In this document: positions 27,707 to 38,985 of the stretch, piece by piece | Layout: every line of letters begins with the position of its first letter | Numbering within the stretch: the first letter of the stretch is position 1 | Assembly (NCBI GenBank): GCA_030691545.1 | Contig: JAUYEE010000058.1 | Location: 2,041 to 66,040, forward strand | Source: a bacterium | GTDB taxonomy: Bacteria; Auribacterota; JABMQX01 | Direction: 5' to 3' | DNA length: 64,000 nucleotides | Notes under the pieces: model-generated | The model's database searches: none | What the model saw: the letters and a program-made list of their open reading frames with translations, nothing else | What the model was told of the DNA's origin: nothing | Program-made: the position numbers and the translations under genes

Positions 27707-29098
27707 CTACAGTCCGACTGACTGACCGCGTTCGGGGATCATGACGTTGCGGGCGCCGAGCTGACGAAGCGCTTCGGAAAACGAGGTGGCTTCCTCCATT
27801 TCGCCGTGGACGACGAAGGCATGACGGACTTTTGGTCCCATTTGCTGGAAGTAGTCGAGAAGCTCGTTCCGGTCGGCATGGGCGCTGAGAGCCTCGATGG
27901 AGTGTACCTCGGCGCGGAGCTTATATTCGTCGCCGAAGATGCGGATGGGTTCTTGGTGCTGAACGATTCGACGGCCGAGGGTGTTTTCCGCCTGATAGCC
28001 GACAAACAGGATGACGTTCCGCGAGTCCTCAATGCTGTTCTTGAGGTGGTGGAGAATCCGCCCACCCTCGCACATGCCCGAGGCGGAGATGATGACCATC
28101 GGGCCCTCCGCGTCGTTGAGCGCCTTGGAATCGTCAACCTCCGTGATGTAGGTCAAACCGCGAAAGGTGAAGGGTTCATCGCCTTCGCGGATTACCCGCA
28201 GCGCTTCCTGGTCATAACATTCTCGGTGCTTCTCATAAACTTCCGTTGCGCGTGACGACAGGGGACTGTCCACATAGACTGGCAGGCGGGGGATCTCCCC
28301 TTCCTCGTATAGCTCGCGCAGGAAATAAACCAGTTGCTGTGTTCTGCCGACACTGAAGGAGGGAATGACCAGCTTCGAGCGCCGTTCCGTGACTTTCCAG
28401 ATAAGGGCTTTCAACGCCCTCCTGACATCTTCCCGTGGAGGGTGCAGGCGATTTCCGTAAGTGCTTTCCGTAACCAGGTAGTCCACGTCATGCGCCACTA
28501 CCGGGTCCTTCAGAATCGGCATGTCCTTGCGACCAAGGTCGCCGGTAAACAGGAGGCGAGAAGCACCACTCTTCCCTTTGAAGTCAATGGTTGTGACCGC
28601 CGAACCGAGGATGTGCCCTGCGTCGTGAAAGGTGATCTCGAGCCCGGGGACAACCTCCTTCCTCATCTCGTAGGGCACAGACTCAAATTGCTCCATTACC
28701 CGGTCAACGTCTTCCGGCAGAGCAAGAGGCTCGAAGAGGTTTTTTCCCTGCCTCGCGCGCCTCTTATTGACGTACTCCACGTCTTTCAACTGAAGGTGCA
28801 CGCTATCTCGCAGCATGATGTCGCAGAGATCAATCGTTGCGGGTGTCGCAAAAATCCTACCTGTAAAGCCGCGATTGACGAGGGTGGGGAGATTGCCGCT
28901 GTGGTCAATATGCGCATGGGAGAGAACGCACGCGTCTATGGAGCCGGCATCGAAGGGAAGGTTTCGGTTTCGCTCGAAGGCTTCCTTTCGCTTGCCCTGG
29001 CACAGGCCGCAGTCGAGGAGGACCTGGCTGCCGTTGACCGCGATTAGATGCATCGAACCGGTAACTTCACGAACGGCTCCGAAGAAGGTGATTTTCAT
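27707..29098 (-). CDS. MBL-fold beta-CASP RNA-processing hydrolase (Ysh1/CPSF73-like)
   Basis: MKITFFGAVREVTGS, LSHAHIDHSG, DAGHILGS, ESTYGNR, SASGMCEGGRILHHL, LSAHAD, VHGE. Confidence 0.93.
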   Translation of the reverse strand: MKITFFGAVREVTGSMHLIAVNGSQVLLDCGLCQGKRKEAFERNRNLPFDAGSIDACVLSHAHIDHSGNLPTLVNRGFTGRIFATPATIDLCDIMLRDSVHLQLKDVEYVNKRRARQGKNLFEPLALPEDVDRVMEQFESVPYEMRKEVVPGLEITFHDAGHILGSAVTTIDFKGKSGASRLLFTGDLGRKDMPILKDPVVAHDVDYLVTESTYGNRLHPPREDVRRALKALIWKVTERRSKLVIPSFSVGRTQQLVYFLRELYEEGEIPRLPVYVDSPLSSRATEVYEKHRECYDQEALRVIREGDEPFTFRGLTYITEVDDSKALNDAEGPMVIISASGMCEGGRILHHLKNSIEDSRNVILFVGYQAENTLGRRIVQHQEPIRIFGDEYKLRAEVHSIEALSAHADRNELLDYFQQMGPKVRHAFVVHGEMEEATSFSEALRQLGARNVMIPERGQSVGL

Positions 29099-29127
29099 TG
29101 TGCTTTCGTCCGTTGTCAGTTCGCGCG

Positions 29128-29362
29128 AGTGCTCCGTTTCATAATTTCGGCAACGTACTATGGATGAATCCACTTGGTCGAGAAGCCCGGCTGAAGCCGG
29201 CTCCAGCCAGCAGTCATCGCAACCCCCGGGACCACCGCCTGAAGGCGGTGGCTAAAGTGGGATGCCGGCTGAAGCCCGGCAGGCGGCGGCAGTGTTCCCT
29301 GCGGTCGTCGCGACCGGGGCGGTCGTGCACCCCTTGGAACTGTGTCTAAGAAAGCTGGCACT
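29128..29362 (+). mobile_element. Non-autonomous palindromic MITE-like element, copy 2
   Basis: Ends AGTGC...GCACT. Core GGATGAATCC..TGGTCGAGAAGCCCGGCTGAAG, CCACCGCCTGAAGGCGGTGG and ATGCCGGCTGAAGCCCGGC are shared with 7158 and 56134. Confidence 0.8.
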
Positions 29363-29516
29363 TGTTTCGGCAACCCGGAAATCCGGCCGCGCATCGGCGC
29401 GCGGGGACCGTCTCCTTGACAAGATACGCAGTATCCCCAAAGCGGCGCGGCATTCATGAGGGTCGTGCTGGAATCGTGTGCAAGAACTACGTGACATGAC
29501 TTGTGAAACACGGTAC

Positions 29517-30491
29517 TTAACGATGCTCCTGGCGGCGCGGCGTGGCAACCTCCATCACCCAGATGTCGCGATTGCCGGATCGGTCGGAATCAAAAGCGAG
29601 CTTCTTGCCGTCCGGCGACCAGGTCGGGTTGTAATCAAGGCGCCTGCCGAATGTGAGTTGTCTTCTGCCCGTTCCATCCGCACGCATCACCCAGATGTGG
29701 GCTGTTCTGCCCTCGCCGCTGGCAATAAAGGCGATGCGCTTGCCGTCCGGCGACCACGCGGGTCGCCATTCGTCAGCCGGGCTGGAGGTCAGGCGGCGGA
29801 GCGCATTGCTCGACAAGCCAAGAATCCAGATGTCCGCGTTTCCCGCTCTTCGACTCGAGAATGCAACCTTCTTGCCGTCGGGGGAGAATGCTGGCGTGGT
29901 GTCGAGTTCGGGATCATTAGTCAGAGGAATCTTGTCACCGCCGTCGCTGGTCATCATCCAGACATCCATGTTCCCCAACCCGTCGGACTGGAACAGAATC
30001 GTCTTGCCGTCGGGGCTCCAGGCGGGAAAGCCATCGAACCCCAGATGCTCGGTCAATTTTCGCGCGGTTCTTGTCGTCGTATCCACGACCCAGACGTTCT
30101 CGTCTCCTTGCCGGTCCGAATGAAATGCGATGCTGCTTCCGTCAGGCGACCAGGATGGACAGTCGTCCGCCGCCTCCGATGCTGTCACCTGAACTGCACT
30201 TCCTCCGCCTGAAGGGATGTAAAAGAGGTCGCCCTTGCTCAGCGCGTCCGACGAAAAGGCAATCCACCTGCCATCCGGTGACCAGGCGGGCGCCCGCTCA
30301 TTCGTCCCGCTCGTGGTCAGTTGGACAGGCGTGGGGCGCTCCTCAGCCTCGCGGCGACAGGAGGACGCGACCATCGCGCATCCCGATAAAACAAACACTG
30401 CGAGAAGAGGGTATGACCCTTTCGCTGTTTTAGCCTTTCCAAGAATTGGCGCAGTTACGTTGACCACCCTGTCGCAGGCGCGCATAATCAT
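29517..30491 (-). CDS. TolB-like beta-propeller lipoprotein or secreted protein (PD40 repeats)
   Basis: About six PxWSPDG repeats; hydrophobic segment with LSGC. Confidence 0.88.
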   Translation of the reverse strand: MIMRACDRVVNVTAPILGKAKTAKGSYPLLAVFVLSGCAMVASSCRREAEERPTPVQLTTSGTNERAPAWSPDGRWIAFSSDALSKGDLFYIPSGGGSAVQVTASEAADDCPSWSPDGSSIAFHSDRQGDENVWVVDTTTRTARKLTEHLGFDGFPAWSPDGKTILFQSDGLGNMDVWMMTSDGGDKIPLTNDPELDTTPAFSPDGKKVAFSSRRAGNADIWILGLSSNALRRLTSSPADEWRPAWSPDGKRIAFIASGEGRTAHIWVMRADGTGRRQLTFGRRLDYNPTWSPDGKKLAFDSDRSGNRDIWVMEVATPRRQEHR

Positions 30492-30691
30492 TCTACAGCC
30501 ACTCAGACGGCATGGGGCTTGGGCGTCTCGGCACAGGCCGCTGACGACGCTTTCTGTCGGTCATTATAGGTGCACGCCTTGAGATTGCAATCGGAATTGC
30601 CTGGTGAGAGGCAGCCGGACTGGGGCAATGACATGCAGCGATACCGAAAAGACGATTGGCTCAGACGGCCGAATAGGTCTGGTTCTGCGAG

Positions 30692-31699
30692 ATGAAATAT
30701 CTGCCGGTTGGAAAACTGAACATCGCCCATCTTGAAGCCCTCCTGGCGTCGGTAAAGGTGTCGGACCCGAGGGTAGTGGTGGGACCGAGGGTGGGAGAGG
30801 ATGCCGCAGTGATTGACTTCGGCGACAGGTATCTCATCGCCAAAACCGACCCAATTACCTTCACGGCGGAGCGAATCGGCTGGTACGCGGTAAACATCAA
30901 TGCGAACGATGTCGCGGTGATGGGGGCAACGCCGAAATGGTTTCTGGCGACCGTCCTTCTGCCGGAGGGAAAGACCACTCGCAGGCTGGCCGATGAGGCT
31001 TTTGATGACATCCGGCTTGCGTGCGAGGAATTGGGCGTGTCGCTGTGCGGCGGGCACATCGAGGTGACGCTCGGTTTGCCCCGCCCTATTGTTGTCGGGC
31101 AGATGTTAGGAGAGGTCGAGAAGGATAAGTTGGTGCGGAACGACCGGACGGAGGTCGGCGATGACATTGTCTTGATTGGCGGTGTTGCGGTCGAAGGAAC
31201 GTCCGTCGTGGCACGAGAGAAAGGAGACGAGCTGCGTCGGATATTCGGGGATGACTTCGTTAACAGGGCAAAACAATTCCTCACCGAGCCGGGGATCAGC
31301 GTGGTTCGGGCGGCACTGCTTGCGGCAGCAAGCGCGAAGGTCAACGCAATGCACGACCCGACCGAGGGAGGGATCGCCACGGGGCTGCATGAACTCGCGC
31401 TGGCATCGGGAACAGGGATGCTCGTCCACAGAGACATGATATTCGTTTACCCCGAGACGGAGACGATATGCGAGCACTATGGGCTTGACCCACTCGGTGT
31501 CCTGGCATCCGGCGCGCTTCTTATGGCCACTTCATCCCAGGAGACGCCGAGACTGCTCGCTGCTATGAGGAAAGCCCGTTTCCGTTGCTCCGTTATCGGC
31601 AAGGCGGTCCCGAAGCGAGAAGGAATCAGAATCAAGAGCGGGGAGCGGATACGGCGACTGCCCCGCTACGACTCCGACGAGTTGACCAAGATTCTCTGA
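30692..31699 (+). CDS. AIR synthase-related (PurM/HypE/ThiL superfamily) protein
   Basis: GEDAAVIDFG, KTDPIT, NINANDVAVMGATP, GGHIE, AMHDPTEGGIATGL. Confidence 0.85.
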   Translation: MKYLPVGKLNIAHLEALLASVKVSDPRVVVGPRVGEDAAVIDFGDRYLIAKTDPITFTAERIGWYAVNINANDVAVMGATPKWFLATVLLPEGKTTRRLADEAFDDIRLACEELGVSLCGGHIEVTLGLPRPIVVGQMLGEVEKDKLVRNDRTEVGDDIVLIGGVAVEGTSVVAREKGDELRRIFGDDFVNRAKQFLTEPGISVVRAALLAAASAKVNAMHDPTEGGIATGLHELALASGTGMLVHRDMIFVYPETETICEHYGLDPLGVLASGALLMATSSQETPRLLAAMRKARFRCSVIGKAVPKREGIRIKSGERIRRLPRYDSDELTKIL

Positions 31700-31965
31700 T
31701 GGCTGCTGCTCGCTTCCCTTCTGCCTGGGACTCTGGCGATGATTCATTGAGAGGTGCTGAGGCGAAGGATTGACGAAGGGGACCCCTTTCTGCCAAGGGC
31801 GCTGTAGGCTATAATGATTGAGAGGCGCGAGCCTGGGCGCGAGAGAATGGGGCGCTGCGGTTGTCATGCAGGGCTGTGTCGGGCGTCCACAACTCGTGTC
31901 CCAAGACCCTCTTCGGTCGCAACGGACGAGCTTGCTCCTGCTCCGTTCTTGCCGTCAGGATTTCT

Positions 31966-34900
31966 ATGCAACGCTTGTTTGAAGACATAAAAGAAAGTGA
32001 CGCGGTCGCCGAGTTCGTGAGCCGGGCTTCGAGAGGCGAAAACCTGCTCGTCGAGGGGCTGTGGAATTCGGTCCAGGCGCTGCTTGCGGCACTTCTCGTT
32101 CACCCCGGGCAGAGGAATGTCCTATACATTGCTCGATCTCAGAGGGACGCGGAGGTTATCTACGACGACATAGGCGCTTTCAAGAAGGGTGCGGCTCATC
32201 TTTTTCCTTCGTGGGAGACGCTCCCTCACGAGAAAGTCGCTCCCCACCCTGAGATCGTCTCCGACAGGTTTTCTGTCTTGAAGCGTCTTCTCGACGCGGG
32301 CGCCGGGAGAACTCCCTTTGTCGTGGTCACGAACGTCCAGGGGATTCTGCAAAAGGTCATCTCTGCGGAAAGGCTGAGACGACTCCTGTTCACGGTGACC
32401 GTTGGCGAGGAAGTCAAGATGGAGGAGATTCTCAAGCGGGTCGTGTCGCTCTCGTACGAGCGGGAGGAGATGGTCGAGCGGAAGGGGACATTCTCAGTGC
32501 GCGGAGGGATCGTGGACATTTTCCCAATCACGGATTCCCTTCCCGTGAGGCTGGAGTTCTTCGGGGATACGGTGGAATCCATCCGAGAGTTCGATCCGAC
32601 TACTCAACGCTCGATGCGCAGGGCCGACTACGTCACGATTCTCCCGGCCGATGAGATAGCCCTGAACACACAGTATAGCCGGGAGCTTTCGACGGTCCTC
32701 GATTACCTCGATAAGACGACGACCACAGTCATCTATGATGAGCCAGCGGAGATCGAGAAGAGAGCCGACGAGTTACAGGCACTGATCCCGGAAGAAGCCG
32801 AGGAGTTTGTGCGTCTGAGCGATTTTAACCGGCAAGCGAACGGGTGGGCGAAAATCTTTTTCCGGGACCTCCCTCTTGCAACGGCGGGCGACATCGGGGC
32901 TTCGCGGCTTGCGGTGCGGGTAAAACCGTTGACTTCCCTAGGCAAGGTCAGGCTCGTGGCGGAGGTTCCCGAGGAAGCACGGGTGGAGGTTTTTTCGGCG
33001 ATCCCGGACTGGTTGAAGGACAACCGGCGCATTTACTTCGTGTGCAACAAGCCGGGAGAGGAAGAGCGTCTGCGGGGTCTCTTAGCGGAGAAAGGGATAG
33101 CGGTCGGGCCGAACATGCGTTTCGCCTCGGGGCAGCTCAGTTCCGGTTTTTTCTTAGAAGAAATGAATGTCGTTGTTGTCCCTGACAACGAGATTTTCAA
33201 CCGATATAAGATTCGCCGGGCTCCTCGTCAGTTTACCAGCACAGCTCCCATTCGCGATTTCGAGGAGCTTTCAAAAGGCGATTACGTCGTGCATGTGGAT
33301 CATGGGATCGGGCGCTTTCTGGGGATCGTAACGCTGAAAGAGCACGACCCCAACAAGGAATTCCTGGCGGTGAAGTATGCGGACGAGGCGAAATTGTACG
33401 TGCCTGTGGCCCAGGCGCATCTCATCTCGAAATACATCGGCCCCACGAAGCGTGCACCGGCTCTGGACGTTTTGGGCGGCAATCGGTGGCCGCGACGAAA
33501 AAGGAGGGTCGAACTGGCGATTCGGGATTATGCCGGCGAGTTGTTGGAATTGTACGCGGCAAGGCAGTCCGCCGAGGGGACTGCCTTCTCCGCGGACACG
33601 GAATGGCAGCGAGAGTTTGAGGACGCGTTTATCTACGAAGAGACTCCGGACCAAGTCAAAGCCCTCGAGGAGTTGAAGCGCGACATGGAAACGCCTCGCC
33701 CTATGGACAGGCTCATTTGCGGCGACGTCGGCTACGGGAAAACGGAGGTGGCGATTCGCGCGGCGTTCAAGGCGGTGATGGACGGGAAGCAGGTGGCGGT
33801 GTTAGTTCCGACGACAGTTCTGGCCCAGCAGCACTACCACACATTCCGCGAGCGAATGGCGGACTATCCGGTCAACACTGAGGTGCTGAGCCGTTTCAAG
33901 AAGCCGTCTCAACAAAAGGAAATCGTGGGGAACCTGAAAGCCGGAAAGGTGGACATCGTAATCGGAACGCACCGTCTGATCCAAAACGATGTCGGCTTCA
34001 GGAACATCGGATTGGTGGTCATTGACGAGGAGCAGCGTTTCGGCGTCAAGCACAAGGAAAAGCTCAAGCAGCTTCGCCGGATGGTGGATGTGCTGACCAT
34101 GAGTGCGACGCCGATCCCGCGGACGCTTTACATGTCGTTGGTCGGGGCGAGGGATATGAGCACGATTGACACACCGCCGCTCGACCGTCTCCCCGTGAAA
34201 ACTATCTTAGCGGAATTCGACCCGGAGCTGATTCGGTCAGCCATCCTGAGAGAGCTCAACCGGGATGGACAGGTGTATTTCCTTCACAACCGTGTGCAAA
34301 CCATTGAAAAAATGACCGAGTATCTCCAGAAGCTTGTCCCGGAAGCGACCATCATGGCAGCGCACGGGCAAATGGACGAGGGAGAGCTCGAGACGATCAT
34401 GGAGCACTTCATCAATGGGTCCATTGATGTGCTCGTCTGCACGACGATCATCGAGTCGGGGTTGGACATCCCGAACGCCAATACCATCATCATTGACCGG
34501 GCAGACCGGTTCGGGCTGGCGGACCTGTATCAGTTGAGGGGAAGGGTGGGCCGCTGGAAACACCAGGCGTACGCGTACCTGATGGTGCCTCGGGGGCGAG
34601 AAATCCTTGAGACCGCCAGGAAGCGATTGAAGGCTCTTCTCGACGCGCAGGGGTTGGGCGCCGGTTTTCAAATCGCGATGAAAGACCTCGAGATGCGCGG
34701 CGCCGGCAACATTTTGGGAACAGAACAGCACGGGCATATCGCGGCGGTCGGCTTCACCCTGTACTGCCAGCTCTTGAAAAGGACAATCGAGCGGCTGAAG
34801 GGAAAACCGATTCCGGATGAGATTGAGGTCACAATCAAAGTGAACCTGGGCGCGCACATTCCGAAGAAATACGTCCCTGGCGAAAAGCAGAGGATAGACC

Positions 34901-35208
34901 TGTATAAGCGTCTCTCCGGAGCGCTCCACGAGGATGAGATCCGAGCCATTGCGGAGGAGATGGTGGACCGATTTGGCCCTTTACCGGAGGAAGCTCGCAA
35001 CTTGGTTGAAATCGCGCGTTTGAAGATTTGGGCGAAAAATGAGAAGATAAACCGGATCGAGGTGAGCGACGGCAAAATCATCGCCGAACGAGGTGGAAGA
35101 AAGCTGATGCTGGAAGGACGATTTCCCCGTCTCAAACCTTCCGAGGGGCGAAAAGTCCTTCATGAGATAAGGAGAAGTCTTGAGCGGATACTCCGGGCGG
35201 TTGCGTGA
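31966..35208 (+). CDS. mfd: Transcription-repair coupling factor
   Basis: [80 protein letters not shown] and a C-terminal TRCF domain. Confidence 0.98.
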   Translation: MQRLFEDIKESDAVAEFVSRASRGENLLVEGLWNSVQALLAALLVHPGQRNVLYIARSQRDAEVIYDDIGAFKKGAAHLFPSWETLPHEKVAPHPEIVSDRFSVLKRLLDAGAGRTPFVVVTNVQGILQKVISAERLRRLLFTVTVGEEVKMEEILKRVVSLSYEREEMVERKGTFSVRGGIVDIFPITDSLPVRLEFFGDTVESIREFDPTTQRSMRRADYVTILPADEIALNTQYSRELSTVLDYLDKTTTTVIYDEPAEIEKRADELQALIPEEAEEFVRLSDFNRQANGWAKIFFRDLPLATAGDIGASRLAVRVKPLTSLGKVRLVAEVPEEARVEVFSAIPDWLKDNRRIYFVCNKPGEEERLRGLLAEKGIAVGPNMRFASGQLSSGFFLEEMNVVVVPDNEIFNRYKIRRAPRQFTSTAPIRDFEELSKGDYVVHVDHGIGRFLGIVTLKEHDPNKEFLAVKYADEAKLYVPVAQAHLISKYIGPTKRAPALDVLGGNRWPRRKRRVELAIRDYAGELLELYAARQSAEGTAFSADTEWQREFEDAFIYEETPDQVKALEELKRDMETPRPMDRLICGDVGYGKTEVAIRAAFKAVMDGKQVAVLVPTTVLAQQHYHTFRERMADYPVNTEVLSRFKKPSQQKEIVGNLKAGKVDIVIGTHRLIQNDVGFRNIGLVVIDEEQRFGVKHKEKLKQLRRMVDVLTMSATPIPRTLYMSLVGARDMSTIDTPPLDRLPVKTILAEFDPELIRSAILRELNRDGQVYFLHNRVQTIEKMTEYLQKLVPEATIMAAHGQMDEGELETIMEHFINGSIDVLVCTTIIESGLDIPNANTIIIDRADRFGLADLYQLRGRVGRWKHQAYAYLMVPRGREILETARKRLKALLDAQGLGAGFQIAMKDLEMRGAGNILGTEQHGHIAAVGFTLYCQLLKRTIERLKGKPIPDEIEVTIKVNLGAHIPKKYVPGEKQRIDLYKRLSGALHEDEIRAIAEEMVDRFGPLPEEARNLVEIARLKIWAKNEKINRIEVSDGKIIAERGGRKLMLEGRFPRLKPSEGRKVLHEIRRSLERILRAVA

Positions 35209-36475
35209 CCGAGGTTTCTGCGAGCGCGCGGCGGCCTTCGCTGCCGTAGTCGCCTGGTTACTCCTGGGAGCAACCGGATGTGTGCGGAAGACCCCCGAGA
35301 AAACGAATCTCGTCCTGGCGGTGGTTGGCGAGAAGGAAATCCGCGAAAGCGACTTCCGCCGGGAGCTGGAACGATCAAGCCCCACCGTTAAGGGGAAGTA
35401 TCGGCGCGATCGGATGGCCCTTCTGAACCAGATGCTCGAAGAGGAGGTCATCTACCAGAAAGCCGTGAAGGAGAATTTACTGCAGGACCCGGAGGCTCAA
35501 AGGCGTCTGGCGTGGGCACGGACAGATGCAGCTATCGAGCGTCTCAAGGAAGTCGAGATTTTCAAGGACATTGAGGTTACGGAACAGGACATCGCAAGGA
35601 GATATGAGGAAGAGGTAAATAAGGGAGGGAGCTCGAAGATTGTCGTGTCCTTTCTGTACGTCTCGGTGCACGAGGGTGCAGAGCCCGTGAAAGTTGCCAG
35701 GATGATTGAGGAAGGTTTTCAGGGGGGATTGTCATTTGCGCAGATCGCAGAGCGAGACGGGCTGCCCTACGACAAGGACCCGATCCCGTTTGACTCTCCG
35801 CGATTCAACCAGGTGGTGCCGCCGCAAATTCAGGAGATCGCTCAGCGGCTGCAAAACAAGAGAGTCGTGGCGGCCAGCCTGGGCGGAGTGCCGTGGTACT
35901 TTGTGAAGGACGTGGAGCCCCTATCCTCGTGCTTTCGCCGGGTTCGTTCGGTCATCCGGGATGAGAAGCGCGAGGGCGCCCTGAGAGGGTGGCTTGCCGC
36001 AGGGCGAGCCAGCAGCGCGATACGCATTCACGACGAAGCGCTTGAGAACACGAAGGACAGGGACGCTGTGGCGGCGGAAGTGAACGGTGTTGCGATAACC
36101 GTGAGGCAACTGGAAGCCTTGCGCGACAGGCTCCCCAAAGAGAATAGGAGCCTGGACGCGACGGACGCGAAGGCTCTTGTGAACGAGGCAATTGATAGAG
36201 AGATTCTCCGGCAGGAGGCGGAAAAGCGGAAGCTGGATGAAGATAAAGTCGTTAAAGAGACAGTCCCGAGGGAAACTCGCCGCATACTTGTGGAGCTTCT
36301 CACTGAGCGCAATGTCACCGGTCTCACGGACGCCGTCAGGACAAAGTCACGCACCGATTGGATAACAGGATTGAGGAAGGAGATTGGCGTCAGGGTGTTT
36401 CCCGAGAATGTGAAGAAAATGGTGCTGCCTCCGTCGGAGGAAATCGAGGAGGTCTTTGGGATTGGGGCTCCATGA
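35180..36475 (+). CDS. SurA/PrsA-like chaperone lipoprotein with a degenerate parvulin domain
   Basis: AGGAG RBS and lipobox LGATG/C. Two LAVVGEKEI / AAEVNGVAIT SurA-N-like units and GLSFAQIAE; sits between mfd and surA. Confidence 0.7.
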   Translation: MSGYSGRLRDRGFCERAAAFAAVVAWLLLGATGCVRKTPEKTNLVLAVVGEKEIRESDFRRELERSSPTVKGKYRRDRMALLNQMLEEEVIYQKAVKENLLQDPEAQRRLAWARTDAAIERLKEVEIFKDIEVTEQDIARRYEEEVNKGGSSKIVVSFLYVSVHEGAEPVKVARMIEEGFQGGLSFAQIAERDGLPYDKDPIPFDSPRFNQVVPPQIQEIAQRLQNKRVVAASLGGVPWYFVKDVEPLSSCFRRVRSVIRDEKREGALRGWLAAGRASSAIRIHDEALENTKDRDAVAAEVNGVAITVRQLEALRDRLPKENRSLDATDAKALVNEAIDREILRQEAEKRKLDEDKVVKETVPRETRRILVELLTERNVTGLTDAVRTKSRTDWITGLRKEIGVRVFPENVKKMVLPPSEEIEEVFGIGAP

Positions 36476-36549
36476 GCCACTGCCGAAGGTGTCTCGACAA
36501 GAATGGGTGTGACAGGGATGTTTCTCAGTCAATGAGGGAAGGAAGCGCA

Positions 36550-37659
36550 ATGATGAAATTGTTTCGACTGGAGCGCCGGAATCTGTCGTGGGTGATCGCG
36601 GGGTTTCTCTTCTGCCTGTGTGCCCGCGTCTGTGGCGAGGAGGCGTCTCCCCCAGCGGAGGCTGTGAAGGGAAAACCTCCGGAGGTTCCGCAACGAGGGG
36701 AGGAGGTTGTTGTGCCCACAAGTGAACCGGCGCCGATGCTGGCCCTGGACACGGTTGTGGCCCTGGTCAACGGAGAAGCGATAACGCTCGATGACCTCCA
36801 GCGAGAGAGCAATGTGATCCTGGAGGCGTGGCGGCAGAGAGTGCCCCCGGCGCTGTGGCCGAAGGCAAGAGAGCGAATTGTGCGTAGCCAGCTCGAGGCG
36901 TTGATAGACAGGAAGTTGATTCTGATGGAGGCGAAGGAACTCGGAGCGCGGGTGGATGAATCGCGCGTGCGGGAGACCATCCATAGTCTGAGGGAACTGC
37001 AGACGACCTACGACGGGGACCTGGCGAAATTCCTCCTGGCGAAGGGGCTGACGTATCGGCAGCTCTACAGGGACATCGAGGAACAGCTTCTGTTCAACGG
37101 GATGCTCCAGGAAAAAGTCAATCCGAAGGTTCGCGTTTCACCGGCGGAGGTGGAGCAGTATTACAAGCAAAATGTCGAGAAGTTCACGGAGGAGGCGGCG
37201 ATTCACTGCTTCGGCATAACGTTTATGAAAAGGGAGGACCCAGAGGCGGCTGCGGCTGTCCTCACGAAAGCCCGCGAGGCTCTCAGGAAGGTGCGCGAGG
37301 GAGCATACTTTCCCGATGTGGCAAAAGAGTACTCGGAGGACCCGGTTCGGGCAGAGAAAGGCGGCGACTGGGGCTGGATTACCCCGGGAACCCTCGAGGC
37401 GAAAGCGTCCGAGGCAGCGTTTGCCCTCAAGGCAGGCGAGTACAGCGGAATTGTCGAGGGGGATGCGGCGCACTGGATTCTCTGGGTACAGGAGAAACGG
37501 GAGCAATCGGTTATCCCTTTATCGGCTGCCTGGAAAGAGATTGAACTGGCAATCCGCGCCCAGAAGCGAGACCTGGAGATTCACCGGTGGGGACAAAGGC
37601 TCCGCTTGAAAGCCGCCATCACGTACCCTGTACCCCTCAGCCAGATTCTATCGCAATGA
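36550..37659 (+). CDS. surA: SurA-like peptidyl-prolyl isomerase/chaperone
   Basis: VALVNGEAIT, LIDRKLIL and parvulin motif FPDVAKEYSED...GGDWGW. The mfd-surA-pdxA-rsmA order is a conserved arrangement. Confidence 0.8.
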   Translation: MMKLFRLERRNLSWVIAGFLFCLCARVCGEEASPPAEAVKGKPPEVPQRGEEVVVPTSEPAPMLALDTVVALVNGEAITLDDLQRESNVILEAWRQRVPPALWPKARERIVRSQLEALIDRKLILMEAKELGARVDESRVRETIHSLRELQTTYDGDLAKFLLAKGLTYRQLYRDIEEQLLFNGMLQEKVNPKVRVSPAEVEQYYKQNVEKFTEEAAIHCFGITFMKREDPEAAAAVLTKAREALRKVREGAYFPDVAKEYSEDPVRAEKGGDWGWITPGTLEAKASEAAFALKAGEYSGIVEGDAAHWILWVQEKREQSVIPLSAAWKEIELAIRAQKRDLEIHRWGQRLRLKAAITYPVPLSQILSQ

Positions 37660-37839
37660 ACGGCGAAGCTCCCCTCCCCGGGACAGTCCCCAGCGTTCCA
37701 TTTTTAGCGGATTGGCTGTTTCGGATTGCGCATTAGGAGGAAGAAGAGAGCGGGGAGAGCGCGGAAGAAGAAAAACCACGAAGGGCACGAAGGATGTGGC
37801 GTTTTTCGTGACCTCGGCCAAACAGTCGAGTGCACCACA

Positions 37840-38973
37840 ATGTCGGGACATCAGTCTCGCGCTCACAACGCGTTGCCGCTCGTAGGCATCACTATGGGCG
37901 ATGCCGCTGGCATTGGCCCGGAAGTCGTCGTGAAGTCGCTGTCTGACGCGAGGGTCATGGCATCTTGCCGCTGCCTTGTCTATGGTGACCGCGAGGTCCT
38001 TTTGTCTGTCATACGGAACCTCAGAAGCTCCCTGACGCCCGCTTTCGTCGAATCACCGGATGAGGCGAGCAGGTCTCAGTCGCCCGTCACTTTTCTCCAC
38101 TGCTCGCGATTCCCGATGTCGCGCGTGCCTTACGGCGAGATGCGTCGGGCCTGCCCGTTTCAACGAGACAACGCTCTTAATCAACCAGTGCCGTTACACC
38201 CGGGCGATGCCCAGCCGTCTCAAGCGGCCAGGGAAACTGCCGCCAACGCCGTCGCTTATATTGACGAGGCAGCGGCCGATGCGCTGTCGTCAGAGATAGA
38301 TGCGATGGTGACAGCGCCAATCAACAAAGCCGCGCTGCGTCAGGCCGGGCTTCCTCTGGAAGGACACACAGACTACCTGGCCGAGAAGGCCGGCGTAACG
38401 GATTACGCGATGATGTTTGTCGGCGGGGGTCTGAAAGTTGTCCTAATGACCGTGCACATTCGCCTGACGGCCGTGGCGGAGAGAATCACGCAATCGGCAG
38501 TGCTGCAGAAAATCCGCCTGACCGACCGGCATCTCAAAACGTGGTTCGGGATCGAGAAGCCGCGTATCGCGGTGTGCGGGTTGAATCCTCATGCCGGAGA
38601 GGAGGGGATGTTCGGAGATGAGGAGAGCAAAAGGATCGTGCCCGCCATCCGGAGCGCGCAGGACGACGGAATTGCGGTCTCCGGGCCCTACCCGGCGGAT
38701 ACGGTCTTCAACCGGTGCAAAGCGGGTGAGTTTGATGCGGTTATCGCAATGTACCACGACCAGGGACTTCTTCCCGTGAAGCTCTTAGCATTCGACGAAG
38801 GAGTTAATATCACGATTGGTTTGCCTTTTGTGAGGACCTCCCCGGATCATGGTACGGCTTACGACATTGCCGGAAAGGGAATCGCGCATCCTGGGAGCAT
38901 GACCGCGGCGATCCTCCTTGCGGCTGAGATCGCTGCCCGGCTGAAAGCAACTTCTCTCAAGGACAGCTCATAG
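37840..38973 (+). CDS. pdxA: 4-hydroxythreonine-4-phosphate dehydrogenase
   Basis: ITMGDAAGIGPEV, TAPINK, GHTDYLA, GLNPHAGE, GPYPADT, AMYHDQGL, RTSPDHGTAYDIAGKG. Confidence 0.96.
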   Translation: MSGHQSRAHNALPLVGITMGDAAGIGPEVVVKSLSDARVMASCRCLVYGDREVLLSVIRNLRSSLTPAFVESPDEASRSQSPVTFLHCSRFPMSRVPYGEMRRACPFQRDNALNQPVPLHPGDAQPSQAARETAANAVAYIDEAAADALSSEIDAMVTAPINKAALRQAGLPLEGHTDYLAEKAGVTDYAMMFVGGGLKVVLMTVHIRLTAVAERITQSAVLQKIRLTDRHLKTWFGIEKPRIAVCGLNPHAGEEGMFGDEESKRIVPAIRSAQDDGIAVSGPYPADTVFNRCKAGEFDAVIAMYHDQGLLPVKLLAFDEGVNITIGLPFVRTSPDHGTAYDIAGKGIAHPGSMTAAILLAAEIAARLKATSLKDSS

Positions 38974-38985
38974 AGCATACCTTCC

